26,573 nt of DNA from Elusimicrobiota bacterium (GCA_031282945.1 JAITCX010000133.1:1-26573), one strand, 5' to 3'. Numbered from the stretch's first letter, positions 9,064-17,848 are shown. A program made the numbers and translations. Notes: generated by a model not told the origin, from the letters alone.

Positions 9064-9203
9064 TTAACGCTCTTTAAACTTATTTCTTTTTATTTTTTTG
9101 CGCTTCCTTTTGGTTAAGAACAAGCGCTTAAAGTCCCTTTTTAAAAATTCATTTCTTTCTCATTAAAAGTTCATAACTCCTTTTCTCTTTATCAAACTCT
9201 TAA

Positions 9204-9504
9204 TATTTTTTTGCGCTCCCTTTTTATTTTTTAGCCACGCGCCATGCGAAAATTTTTTTCGCCCCCGCGCCGACTCTACTTTTGACGTGACTGACAGCAG
9301 TCTGTTCTGTCACGCCCGCCTGGGTGAGGGCAAGTGAAACTTCCAGTTTCCCTTGCCCTCTTGGCGAAAAAAATTTCTCGCATAGACAGGCGCTTTGCCG
9401 CTTGCGCTAGGCTAAAAAATAAAAAGAGCGCCCGAGAAAGTACGACACGACAACAGCAAAGACAAGACAAAAAAAACAACTGGAGCGTGGCTAAAAAATA
9501 AAAA
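9204..9504. other. Nested inverted-repeat structured element (possible ncRNA or non-autonomous mobile element)
   Basis: Arms 9213-9236/9410-9431 and 9244-9263/9363-9383 enclose hairpins 9286-9314 and 9326-9360; 9221-9240 is also perfectly complementary to 9485-9504. Confidence 0.6.
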
Positions 9505-9820
9505 AACGCAGGCGAGGGCGACCATACATCAACAACAGCAACAACAAAACAAAAAAATCTCTCGCAAAGCAAACGCTTACGCTCCGCTACGCCGAAAAAC
9601 CAAAAAGAGCGCTGGAAAAATTACAACGCGACAAAGACAAACAACAACAGCGGAAAACATTTCTCTTTTAAAAAAAACAAAATAAAAATTTTTCCCCTCA
9701 TCTCTTAACAACAACTCCCGCCCCAAAATTATTTTTTAAAACTGTTTGATTTCTCCCTTAAACTTCAACTTTTTTGGCTTTTCCTTGAACCCTTTATTTC
9801 CTTGCCCCACCGCTACATCT

Positions 9821-9999
9821 GGGGCTTGTGAGCGCCCGCAAAAGCGCGGGCGCTCACCTTTTAAAAACTCGCTCATTAATATTTAAGTTTTTATATGCAC
9901 TGCAAAAATAACTTTTCAATTCAAAATAAAATCTTGCTCTATTTATCAGCGAGTTTTTAAAAGGGCGGTCGGCGGCAAAGCCGCCGACCGCCAAGCCCC
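9821..9999. repeat. Symmetric cruciform/REPIN-like element
   Basis: GGGGCTT (9821-9827)/AAGCCCC (9993-9999); 12-bp hairpin 9828-9857; 17-bp inverted repeat 9857-9873/9948-9964; 13-bp hairpin 9964-9992. Confidence 0.8.
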
Positions 10000-10033
10000 T
10001 CAATTTTCAAACAGAATTTCAACTCCCCAAAAA

Positions 10034-10795
10034 TCAAAGACTAAACTTATACCCCGCCATAAGCGTAACTACAGAATAAGTATCAAAACTATAAGAATTA
10101 TATGTTTCCACTTCATTTAAAAAATCATCATAAGTCTGCGTGTCCCAAGAATATTTTAAATGCACATAATAAACGCTATAACCCAATTCCACCAACCACC
10201 CATTGTAAAATTCCCAACCAATTCCCGCCTGCCAATAAACCCCATTTTCTTTTTCCATTTTTACCGATTGATCAAGCGTGGGCGAATCCGCCCAAAATAA
10301 TGCAGTGTATCCAAAATTGCCTTTTATAAAAAATTCCCTAAACTGCTTAATTGGATTAGTTTGAACCGTAACATATACCGGTATAATGCTAAATCCAATC
10401 GGCGTATACTCCACCGGCGCATCCCTGTATTCTTCTCCCATAAATTCAAAATTATTGTATTGCACCGCCCACTTTCTATCTAATGATCTCTTGGCAAGAT
10501 AACCAGCCCCAGCCCCAAGTTTTAAATAATCTAAAACTATAATATGCAGATATTCAGCCCAAATGCCAAACGATGCATTGACACGCATTAATTGCGAACC
10601 CTCACGCCCAGCGCCCGCTTCAATGAAATTTCCAGCGCTATCCTCTACAGGATATTTATCCCACGTTTGTTTTGTTCCTATCGTCCCAAAATCAATGCTT
10701 CCCTTAATATTTAATTCGCCTGCCTCCACTGCATAAGAATGCGCATAAACTGAAAATAAAAAAACCATGCCTAATGATAAAATAATTTTTTTCAT
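10034..10795 (-). CDS. Outer-membrane beta-barrel protein (OmpA-like/porin-family barrel)
   Basis: 253 aa; signal peptide 'MKKIILSLGMVFLFSVYAHSYA'; amphipathic aromatic strands; C-terminal 'AGYKFSL'; AGGAG RBS; paralog of 19024-19758. Confidence 0.7.
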   Translation of the reverse strand: MKKIILSLGMVFLFSVYAHSYAVEAGELNIKGSIDFGTIGTKQTWDKYPVEDSAGNFIEAGAGREGSQLMRVNASFGIWAEYLHIIVLDYLKLGAGAGYLAKRSLDRKWAVQYNNFEFMGEEYRDAPVEYTPIGFSIIPVYVTVQTNPIKQFREFFIKGNFGYTALFWADSPTLDQSVKMEKENGVYWQAGIGWEFYNGWLVELGYSVYYVHLKYSWDTQTYDDFLNEVETYNSYSFDTYSVVTLMAGYKFSL

Positions 10796-10885
10796 AAGCG
10801 TCTCCTATAGAAAAATAAGCCCAATTTTCACATTGCTTACTTTTTAAATTTTATTTTTAAACTAAAATATCAAAACTTATATTTA

Positions 10886-11635
10886 TTATCTCACTTTATA
10901 AATTTTATGCAGCTGCGCCATTGGATATACATTTTTAAGAAATTTTACCGCTATCTCCCTACAAATAAACAATTTATCTAAACCCGCCGCCCGTCTATCC
11001 GTTGAAGGCTGCAAAATAAATAAAACGCTTTTTGAAATTGTAGATATAGCTTTTGCAGCCTCTAAAATCTCAATGCCTTCCGTATCTTTTGTTATAACGC
11101 ATTTAACAAAAATATCTTTTATACGAGATCTCAAAGCATAACTCAAAAAAAGTTTATGCGCTGTCAAAAAATCTAATTTGCATGCAGAATATAATTTGAT
11201 GTCCATAGAAATTATATCAACAAATTTTATTATTTGCTTTAAACTTTCGCATAATACGCCGTTTGACTGCAAATAAATATTAAAACCTAATTTTGTAATT
11301 TCAGCCAAAAATTTTCTCAAAAAAATTATATGCAGCAAAGGCTCGCCGCCCGTCAATGAAATATAAGGTTTTTTTGTATTAAACTTTTTTTTATTGTTGT
11401 CGCGCACGCTCAATACTTTTTTAATTAAGCGCTCAACGCTAAATATCTCAGGATTTTTTATAAAACCTTGCGGCGTATCGCAATAATTGCATCTCAAATT
11501 GCAGCCCGCAAAACGAATAAAAATTTGCGCCATCCCAGCATACGGTCCCTCACCTTGATATGAAAAAAATATCTCGGATATCGGCGCCCCAATCTCTGCG
11601 GCGCCATCTGCTTTTTTTTCTAAACGCTTAGGCAT
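10886..11635 (-). CDS. queE: 7-carboxy-7-deazaguanine synthase QueE-like radical SAM protein
   Basis: 'SEIFFSYQGEGPYAG', 'FIRFAGCNLRCNYCDT', 'SLTGGEPLL', C-terminal 'QLHK'. Start set to ATG 11635, which overlaps the upstream stop. Confidence 0.8.
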   Translation of the reverse strand: MPKRLEKKADGAAEIGAPISEIFFSYQGEGPYAGMAQIFIRFAGCNLRCNYCDTPQGFIKNPEIFSVERLIKKVLSVRDNNKKKFNTKKPYISLTGGEPLLHIIFLRKFLAEITKLGFNIYLQSNGVLCESLKQIIKFVDIISMDIKLYSACKLDFLTAHKLFLSYALRSRIKDIFVKCVITKDTEGIEILEAAKAISTISKSVLFILQPSTDRRAAGLDKLFICREIAVKFLKNVYPMAQLHKIYKVR

Positions 11636-13241
11636 TATTTTTTCCCATAGAACGCAAATACTGATTAAAACGCCCAATATAATCTACCGCCGCCTGTGAA
11701 CTTATATTAAAAGTTTTTGCCATTTTGTCTATCCAAATATCTACATTTTTTTGATCGTTTAAATATGCATACCCGATTACAATGCTTGCATACACTTGCG
11801 GAACTTCCATTTGTTTATTGTCAACCATCAATTGATAAACTTTTATCGCATTATTAAAATCGCCCGACAACAAAAAAGCCTGCCCCAATGCATAATTTAT
11901 TTCATTATAAGAAAATCTCAAAGCATTGGCCGCCGGCAATAATTGCCTCACCGCTTCCTGCGGCCTGCCCGCTTGCATGAGAGCATAAGCGTAAAATTTG
12001 TCTATGGTGAAATCTTTCCTTTTTGCTTGAGATAAAATTTTTCCCCAAAAAGCAAGTTGGCCGTTAAAATAATTCATTTGATTAAAAGTTAATATGCAAC
12101 AAACTATCAATAAAACAGATACAAAACTTAAAACTGCAATTTTTATTTTTTGTTTTGCCTTTTCGCCATTGTCTATAAACGGCGATAAAAAAGAATAAAA
12201 TAAAACTATAAAACCAAACATTGCAACATACATCCTGTTTCCCTGAAACCATAAACGCTCGCTTATCAATGCAGGCAAAATGAAAAATAAAGGCAGTAAA
12301 AAATAAAAAATATTTCTCTTTAATTTTGTCTTATCTTTTGTTGCAAAAATAAAAAAAGCAAAAACTAAAAAAGAAATAATTCCCATCACGGTAATCCATC
12401 CCCCTGTGTTTGGCGCAAAAGGCGAGCGTAAAAAAAACACAGAAGCGTAATAATCCCAAGTCATGCCGATATTGTCGTCTGTTAAATTTAATCTGCTAGG
12501 AAATCCGCCCCCCTCAATATGCAAAGCAAATTTACGCATATATGTAAAAAATATAATTGAACAAATCCATAACGCCAACAAAATTAAAAATTCTTTTTTT
12601 CTAAAAAAACTCCATTTTTTTTGTTCTACTAAAACGGCATATAAAACAAAAATTGCAGGAATAATAAGCGCTGATTCTCGGGTAAAAAAACAAATCAATA
12701 AAAATAAAATATGCGCAAATATATCCAATGGTTTTTTATCGTTTATAAAACGTATAAAGAAAATTAAAGCTAAAATAAAAGCTATAAAAAATATAGAATC
12801 ATTTCTGCCCGGTATCCATGCCGCTGTATAAATCATTATCGGGAAAACGGCAAAAGTTACGGCGGCTAAAAATGAAACTAGTTTGCTAAAAACATATTTG
12901 TATAAAAATAAAAATAATAAAACGCAGGAAAATGCATGGAGTAAAATATTTGTAAAGTGGGAAAATTTTTCGGATTCGCCTGCAATGTGATTGTCAGCTA
13001 TAAAAGAAACCGCAAGCATCGGCCTATAATAAGGCGTAGGGGATTTTTCAAATAAAACATTGTGCGCGAAAGCATTAAAAAACGCCCCTGCGCCTTTATA
13101 CTCGCTTGAGGCGGTATAAACAAAATTTACATCGTCAAGTCCAGTGTTTTTAAAGTTTATTGTCTTTGCATAAAGCAAAAAAGCTATAAGAAAAACTATT
13201 GCGCTCAGGACGCCTAAATTAGCAAACTTTGACTTAAACAT
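11628..13241 (-). CDS. Multi-pass membrane protein with C-terminal TPR-like region (TMTC-like, GT-C fold glycosyltransferase candidate)
   Basis: 537 aa; N-terminal 'LDD', 'YYRPM', 'HFTNILLH', 'AAWIPGRND', 'FTRESA', 'NRMY'; C-terminal 'YALGQAFLLSGDFNNAIKVYQ' looks TPR-like. Confidence 0.65.
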   Translation of the reverse strand: MFKSKFANLGVLSAIVFLIAFLLYAKTINFKNTGLDDVNFVYTASSEYKGAGAFFNAFAHNVLFEKSPTPYYRPMLAVSFIADNHIAGESEKFSHFTNILLHAFSCVLLFLFLYKYVFSKLVSFLAAVTFAVFPIMIYTAAWIPGRNDSIFFIAFILALIFFIRFINDKKPLDIFAHILFLLICFFTRESALIIPAIFVLYAVLVEQKKWSFFRKKEFLILLALWICSIIFFTYMRKFALHIEGGGFPSRLNLTDDNIGMTWDYYASVFFLRSPFAPNTGGWITVMGIISFLVFAFFIFATKDKTKLKRNIFYFLLPLFFILPALISERLWFQGNRMYVAMFGFIVLFYSFLSPFIDNGEKAKQKIKIAVLSFVSVLLIVCCILTFNQMNYFNGQLAFWGKILSQAKRKDFTIDKFYAYALMQAGRPQEAVRQLLPAANALRFSYNEINYALGQAFLLSGDFNNAIKVYQLMVDNKQMEVPQVYASIVIGYAYLNDQKNVDIWIDKMAKTFNISSQAAVDYIGRFNQYLRSMGKNNA

Positions 13242-13244
13242 TTC

Positions 13245-14684
13245 TCATCCTTTTTGTATTGATTGTACCGCCATCTCCCACCCAACTAAATCATATCGCG
13301 GCATTAAATAAGAATCTATGAAAACTTTCAGTTTTGAAAAAATAAAAATCCCTTCCTGCAGGATATTTAAAATATGAATAATAAACAAAAATGTATTTAT
13401 AAAAGCCAATGCAATTACAAATATATAGAAAGCTTTTTTATTAAATTTATAATTTTGCAAAACTTGAAATAACATAATGCATAAAAATAAAAGCGCAAAA
13501 TTTAAAAAGAAAAATGTTCTGGTTTGACTGCCCCAAATGGTAGGCGAAAACATCAAAAGCCCTCTGCTTAAAATTCCTAAAAATAAAATTGCAAAAGCGG
13601 TTAAAAGTTTTTGCCTGCTTCCATAAAACGCTCTGTAGATCAAATATCCCAAGGCAATGCAAACAATAATAAGTAAAAACAAAAATAAATAATTATAACT
13701 TGAAAAATAATATGGAGCGATATATCCATAAACTGTCATGGAATTTCGCGCTATATCAAAAATATAACCAAAAGCCAAAATTGTTATCGCTATAAAAATT
13801 ATTGAAATTTGCGCCGCTAAATTTTTTTGCCGCCAAACTACAAGCGCAAGCAAAATATAAAACAATAAAAATATTGAGTTGGGCTTAAAAATATAATGAT
13901 AAGCTGTGGAACTAAACCCGAGTTCTAAAAGTTTAAAAATCGATAAACTGGCAAAATCTCTAAACCAAATATAAGTTTCGCCTGACATGCGTACATACAG
14001 TCCCGGCGTTAAAACCGTATAGAGAGCGGATAAACAACAAATCATAAATTGAAGCCATATAAAAGTTTTGCCTCTGCCCTCATAAAAAATTAAAAAGAAA
14101 ACTAAAACGGGAAAAATCATTACAAGAATTTGTTCCACATTGCAGGCATAAATTAAAGCTAAAACAAAAATTATTGTTTGCCAAATATTTTTTGAATAAG
14201 GATTTCCTTCTATAATATTCTTTAAAGGAATAAAACTTATTAGCATTGCGCAAAAAGGCAAAAAATAAATAACTGTGTCAAGAACATAACCCGAAGTTTG
14301 CAAATCCCAAAATGGAAAAATAAAAAACAGAAGGCAAATGCCCCAAGATATTGGCTTGACGTTTTTAGAATTGATAAGGAAATTTATCGTATAGGCGGTT
14401 AGCGCAACAGTCAGCGGTCCAATTAAAAGAAAAAGCAAACGGTATTTTAAAACTATTAAATATACAGCATGAACTATAAGCTTTTGACCGAGCGTATAAA
14501 AATACATTTTCAAAAAAGCAATCATAGACCCAAAAGATTTTATACCCTCTAAACTTCTTGGAAAAGCATCGTCGGCCATATAAGGCAAAAGCAAATATAT
14601 AATGAAAAAAATGCCCCATAAAATTATATAAGGGGCATTTTTACTTTTAATAAAATTGGATAAACAATTCTTTAAAAAGACCAT
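13245..14684 (-). CDS. Polytopic membrane protein, DUF6056-like (GT-C-type glycosyltransferase candidate)
   Basis: 479 aa, highly hydrophobic; early 'MADD' acidic motif, 'CNVEQ', 'TPGLYVR', 'QTRT', as recalled for DUF6056/GtrII-like proteins. Confidence 0.5.
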   Translation of the reverse strand: MVFLKNCLSNFIKSKNAPYIILWGIFFIIYLLLPYMADDAFPRSLEGIKSFGSMIAFLKMYFYTLGQKLIVHAVYLIVLKYRLLFLLIGPLTVALTAYTINFLINSKNVKPISWGICLLFFIFPFWDLQTSGYVLDTVIYFLPFCAMLISFIPLKNIIEGNPYSKNIWQTIIFVLALIYACNVEQILVMIFPVLVFFLIFYEGRGKTFIWLQFMICCLSALYTVLTPGLYVRMSGETYIWFRDFASLSIFKLLELGFSSTAYHYIFKPNSIFLLFYILLALVVWRQKNLAAQISIIFIAITILAFGYIFDIARNSMTVYGYIAPYYFSSYNYLFLFLLIIVCIALGYLIYRAFYGSRQKLLTAFAILFLGILSRGLLMFSPTIWGSQTRTFFFLNFALLFLCIMLFQVLQNYKFNKKAFYIFVIALAFINTFLFIIHILNILQEGIFIFSKLKVFIDSYLMPRYDLVGWEMAVQSIQKG

Positions 14685-14700
14685 GCAATCAACTCAAGAG

Positions 14701-15120
14701 TTATGCTTTGTTTTTATCGTCTGAAGTTTTATCAGATGATTCTTGTTTTTTCTCAACTTGAGTTTTTTGATCTTGCTCCTGCAAAGTTTCCTGCGATTGC
14801 GCTTTAGCTTGATCTTGCGGCGCCGAGGACTGCTCAACTTTTGTAGACGCTTTTTGATCTTCCAATGCGCTTGCATAATTTATTTGCAAACTGGAAATAG
14901 ATTGCGTTAAAAAATTGTCTTCCATAGTGGTGAGATTGCCTTTCATTTTTTCTTTAAGCATTCTAAGCATATCTATTGTTTGGCGCGAACCTTCAACATC
15001 AGCCTTTTCAAGTTTGCCCGTTACAGGACTTGGCATTTTGCCAAGCTGCTGCCATCCTATTTGCACAAATAGCGTAATTAAATTAAATAATAGCGGATTT
15101 AAATCTTTGGTGTCAGTCAT
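14701..15120 (-). CDS. DUF1844 domain-containing protein
   Basis: 139 aa; 'LGKMPSPVTGK', 'SRQTIDMLRMLKEKMKGNL', 'LQINY'; low-complexity charged tail. Confidence 0.75.
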   Translation of the reverse strand: MTDTKDLNPLLFNLITLFVQIGWQQLGKMPSPVTGKLEKADVEGSRQTIDMLRMLKEKMKGNLTTMEDNFLTQSISSLQINYASALEDQKASTKVEQSSAPQDQAKAQSQETLQEQDQKTQVEKKQESSDKTSDDKNKA

Positions 15121-15262
15121 TTTTTTCTCCTAATTTTTTGTAATTCCCTTTTTCAAAAAAGAGATGAATTTAACTTTTTAAAAACAGATTAATAATGCGC
15201 AATATTTTATTTTTATTGCAAGAAATAATTCTCCTCTATTTTTTACAAAAGAGAGAGCCGTT

Positions 15263-16546
15263 TTATTTTTCAATTTTAAGTTTCACAGGATTGGTTTTGA
15301 CAATAGATTTCAGCGACTTCAACTTTTTTATAGAATTTTCCAAATTGGAATTTTGGGTTTTATGAGTGAGGATAACAACGTCTGCAAAATCCCCTTTATT
15401 AATATTAGGTTGAGTTAAACTTGCAATGGACACTTTGTTTTCGCCTAAAATGCCGCAGAGTTTTGCAAGCATGCCGGGCTTGTCGGCAAGCGTAAAACGC
15501 AAATAATATTCCCCGCCGCTATCGCCCGCCGGTAAAATTTTTATCTTTTTGTTTCTGTTATAAATAACATCCGTCACAATTCCAGCCGTGTTTGTCACAA
15601 TAAACTTTGAAAGGTTTACGATATCAGACACCACTGCGCTTGCCGCGGGGGATTGGCCTGCACCCTTGCCGTAAAACAAAACGTCTCCGCAATCTTTACC
15701 TCTAACCATAATCGCATTATATTCATTGTCAACCGTTGCAAAAGTATGTTTGTGATAAACGAGCCGCGGTTCAACTGATAAATCTATCCCGTTTTTTGTT
15801 TGTATAGCCGAGCCCACCAATTTTATGCAGCCGATATCTTTAGTTAAATGGACATCTTTAGCCTGCAAATTTGAAATGCCTTTGGTCGCTATATTTTTAA
15901 CTTTTATCCACCCGCCCCAAGCAAGCGACGCTAAAATTGCAAGCTTATTGGCAGTGTCAATTCCGTTTACGTCAAAAGACGGATCCGCCTCTGCAAAACC
16001 GGCAACTTGCGCCTTCTTTAAAGCGTCCTCATAAGAAATTCCCTCTTTGGTCATCTTGCTCAAAATAAAATTTGTGGTGCCGTTTAAGATGCCCTTTATC
16101 TCCAAAATTTCCTCAACGGCAAGCCCCTCATTTAAACCCTGTACAACGGGGATGACGCCGCCCACAGAAGCTTCATAATAAATAGCTTTTTGTTCGTCTT
16201 GAGCGGTTGTAAAAATCTGGTCCCAATATTTTGCCAGCACCGCTTTATTTGCCGTAACCACGCTTTTGCCCGCTTTCAAAGATTCTATTATTATTGTGCG
16301 GGCGGGTTCATAGCCGCCGATGAGTTCCACCACCAAATCTATCTCGGGATCGCGTATAATATCTTTAAAATTTTTTACATACAAATCGGCGCGATCTATG
16401 GGATTTCTGTCGCAAATTGATTTTATGCGCACATTTTTGCCGACTTTCGTCAAAACTATTTTTTGATTGGCCTCAAGAATACGCGCAACGCCTTTACCCA
16501 CCGTCCCGTATCCAATTAAACCGACATTTATTTGTTTCTTGTTCAT
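15263..16546 (-). CDS. hom: Homoserine dehydrogenase with C-terminal ACT domain
   Basis: 427 aa; 'GLIGYGTVGKG', 'VVTANKA', 'YEASVGGVIP', 'GILNGTTNFIL', 'GFAEADP', 'GKGAG', ACT 'DKPGMLAKL'. Confidence 0.95.
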   Translation of the reverse strand: MNKKQINVGLIGYGTVGKGVARILEANQKIVLTKVGKNVRIKSICDRNPIDRADLYVKNFKDIIRDPEIDLVVELIGGYEPARTIIIESLKAGKSVVTANKAVLAKYWDQIFTTAQDEQKAIYYEASVGGVIPVVQGLNEGLAVEEILEIKGILNGTTNFILSKMTKEGISYEDALKKAQVAGFAEADPSFDVNGIDTANKLAILASLAWGGWIKVKNIATKGISNLQAKDVHLTKDIGCIKLVGSAIQTKNGIDLSVEPRLVYHKHTFATVDNEYNAIMVRGKDCGDVLFYGKGAGQSPAASAVVSDIVNLSKFIVTNTAGIVTDVIYNRNKKIKILPAGDSGGEYYLRFTLADKPGMLAKLCGILGENKVSIASLTQPNINKGDFADVVILTHKTQNSNLENSIKKLKSLKSIVKTNPVKLKIEK

Positions 16547-16555
16547 GCAAACCTC

Positions 16556-17749
16556 TTACTTTTTATAATTTTTTGTCCACTGGGCAATCCTCAACAAAGC
16601 GTCATGAAAACGCCTGTCATGCGTCACCAAAGATATACGGGCAAAGCCCTCGCCATGTTTGCCAAAACCAATGCCGGGAGAAATTGCAACGCCTGTTTTT
16701 CTTAGCAAATCCTCGCAGAGTTTTAGAGATCCTTCTTTTTTTAGTTCGGGGGGAAATTCCGCCCAAACGTACATTGTAGCTTTTGTTTGAGGAGCATTAT
16801 AGCCCAGTTTATTTAAACCGTTTGAAAGTTTTTTCATACGTCTTTGATATGTATTTGCAATTTCTCGCACGGGCGAGTCGTCGCCCAGCAATGCCGCAAC
16901 GCCAGCCAATTGCATAAAAGTGGGAGACCCATAATCTATAAAAGATTTTAATTTCTCAAGCGGATACAAAAGTTTTTTGGAGCCGCATACCCAGCCCAAA
17001 CGCCAGCCCGCCATATTAAAACTTTTTGAAAAAGAGTGAAATTCAAGAGCTACATCTTTTGCGCCCTCAAATTCAAAAATAGACGGCGCCCGATAATCCC
17101 CAAAAGTTATCTCGCTATAGGCATTATCTGAGACCAATAAAATATTATTTTTCTTGCAAAAATTTATAGCTTCATTCCAAAAATTATTGTCCTCAACAAT
17201 TGCCGCCGTTGGATTGTTGGGATAATTTAGAAACATTATTTTTGCCTTTTTTAAAACGTTTTGAGGGATCTTTGTAAAATCGGGCAGATAATTGTTTTTT
17301 GCTAAAAGCGGCATAGAATGAATTTTTGCGCCTGCCAAAATCGGTCCATTAAAATGCGAGGGGTATGCCGGGTCGCAAACTAAAGCGATGTCGCCGGGAT
17401 TTAAATATGCCATGCACAAATGCGCAATTCCCTCTTTTGAACCAATCAAACTAAGCACTTCATTTTCAGGATCAATGTCCACTCCAAATCTTTTTGACAT
17501 CCACTGGCTGACTGCCTTTCTAAATTTCGGCATGCCTTTAGCTTGGGGGTAGCGGTGGGTGTTTTTGTGATGTTTAACGGTATCGCATAATCTGTCTACA
17601 ATATGCGCGGGCGTTGGATGATCGGGATTGCCCATACCGAGATCTATTACATCCAATTTTTTTTCATAAGCTTCTTTTTTTAGTTGATTGATTTTTGTAA
17701 ATAAGTACGGAGGGAGCATTTCCAAATTTTTTGACGGTTTAAGGTTCAT
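16556..17749 (-). CDS. PLP-dependent class I/II aminotransferase (AlaC/DapL-like)
   Basis: 397 aa; 'LPPYLF', 'IDLGMGNPD', 'IGSKEGIAH', 'NYPNNPT', 'DNAY', PLP lysine in 'SFSKSFNMAGWRLG'. AlaC versus LL-DAP aminotransferase cannot be resolved by eye. Confidence 0.85.
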   Translation of the reverse strand: MNLKPSKNLEMLPPYLFTKINQLKKEAYEKKLDVIDLGMGNPDHPTPAHIVDRLCDTVKHHKNTHRYPQAKGMPKFRKAVSQWMSKRFGVDIDPENEVLSLIGSKEGIAHLCMAYLNPGDIALVCDPAYPSHFNGPILAGAKIHSMPLLAKNNYLPDFTKIPQNVLKKAKIMFLNYPNNPTAAIVEDNNFWNEAINFCKKNNILLVSDNAYSEITFGDYRAPSIFEFEGAKDVALEFHSFSKSFNMAGWRLGWVCGSKKLLYPLEKLKSFIDYGSPTFMQLAGVAALLGDDSPVREIANTYQRRMKKLSNGLNKLGYNAPQTKATMYVWAEFPPELKKEGSLKLCEDLLRKTGVAISPGIGFGKHGEGFARISLVTHDRRFHDALLRIAQWTKNYKK

Positions 17750-17848
17750 GTTGTTTTGATCCTTTTATAAAATTTTAAAATACCTAAATAAAATTAAGAT
17801 GCTCAAAGGCCGAAATAAAGTAAAATTTTATTTAGGAATTTGGTATAC

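Noticed and set aside
9244-9266. Minus-strand GGGGGCGAAA resembling a tmRNA 5' end; also checked for RNase P, SRP, tRNA, group II intron domain V and TPP/SAM/purine riboswitch motifs
   Set aside because: No GGxTTCGA D-loop motif, no matching 3' T-arm/CCA, and none of the diagnostic motifs of the other families.
9204-9431. Retron msr-msd interpretation of the nested inverted repeats
   Set aside because: No reverse transcriptase gene in the window.
8794-9572. ORFs 8794-9006 and 9276-9572 (minus)
   Set aside because: Translations of low-complexity repeat DNA with F/L/S bias and no RBS.
14694-14876. 60-aa Lys/Arg-rich ORF
   Set aside because: Alternative frame of the DUF1844 low-complexity tail.
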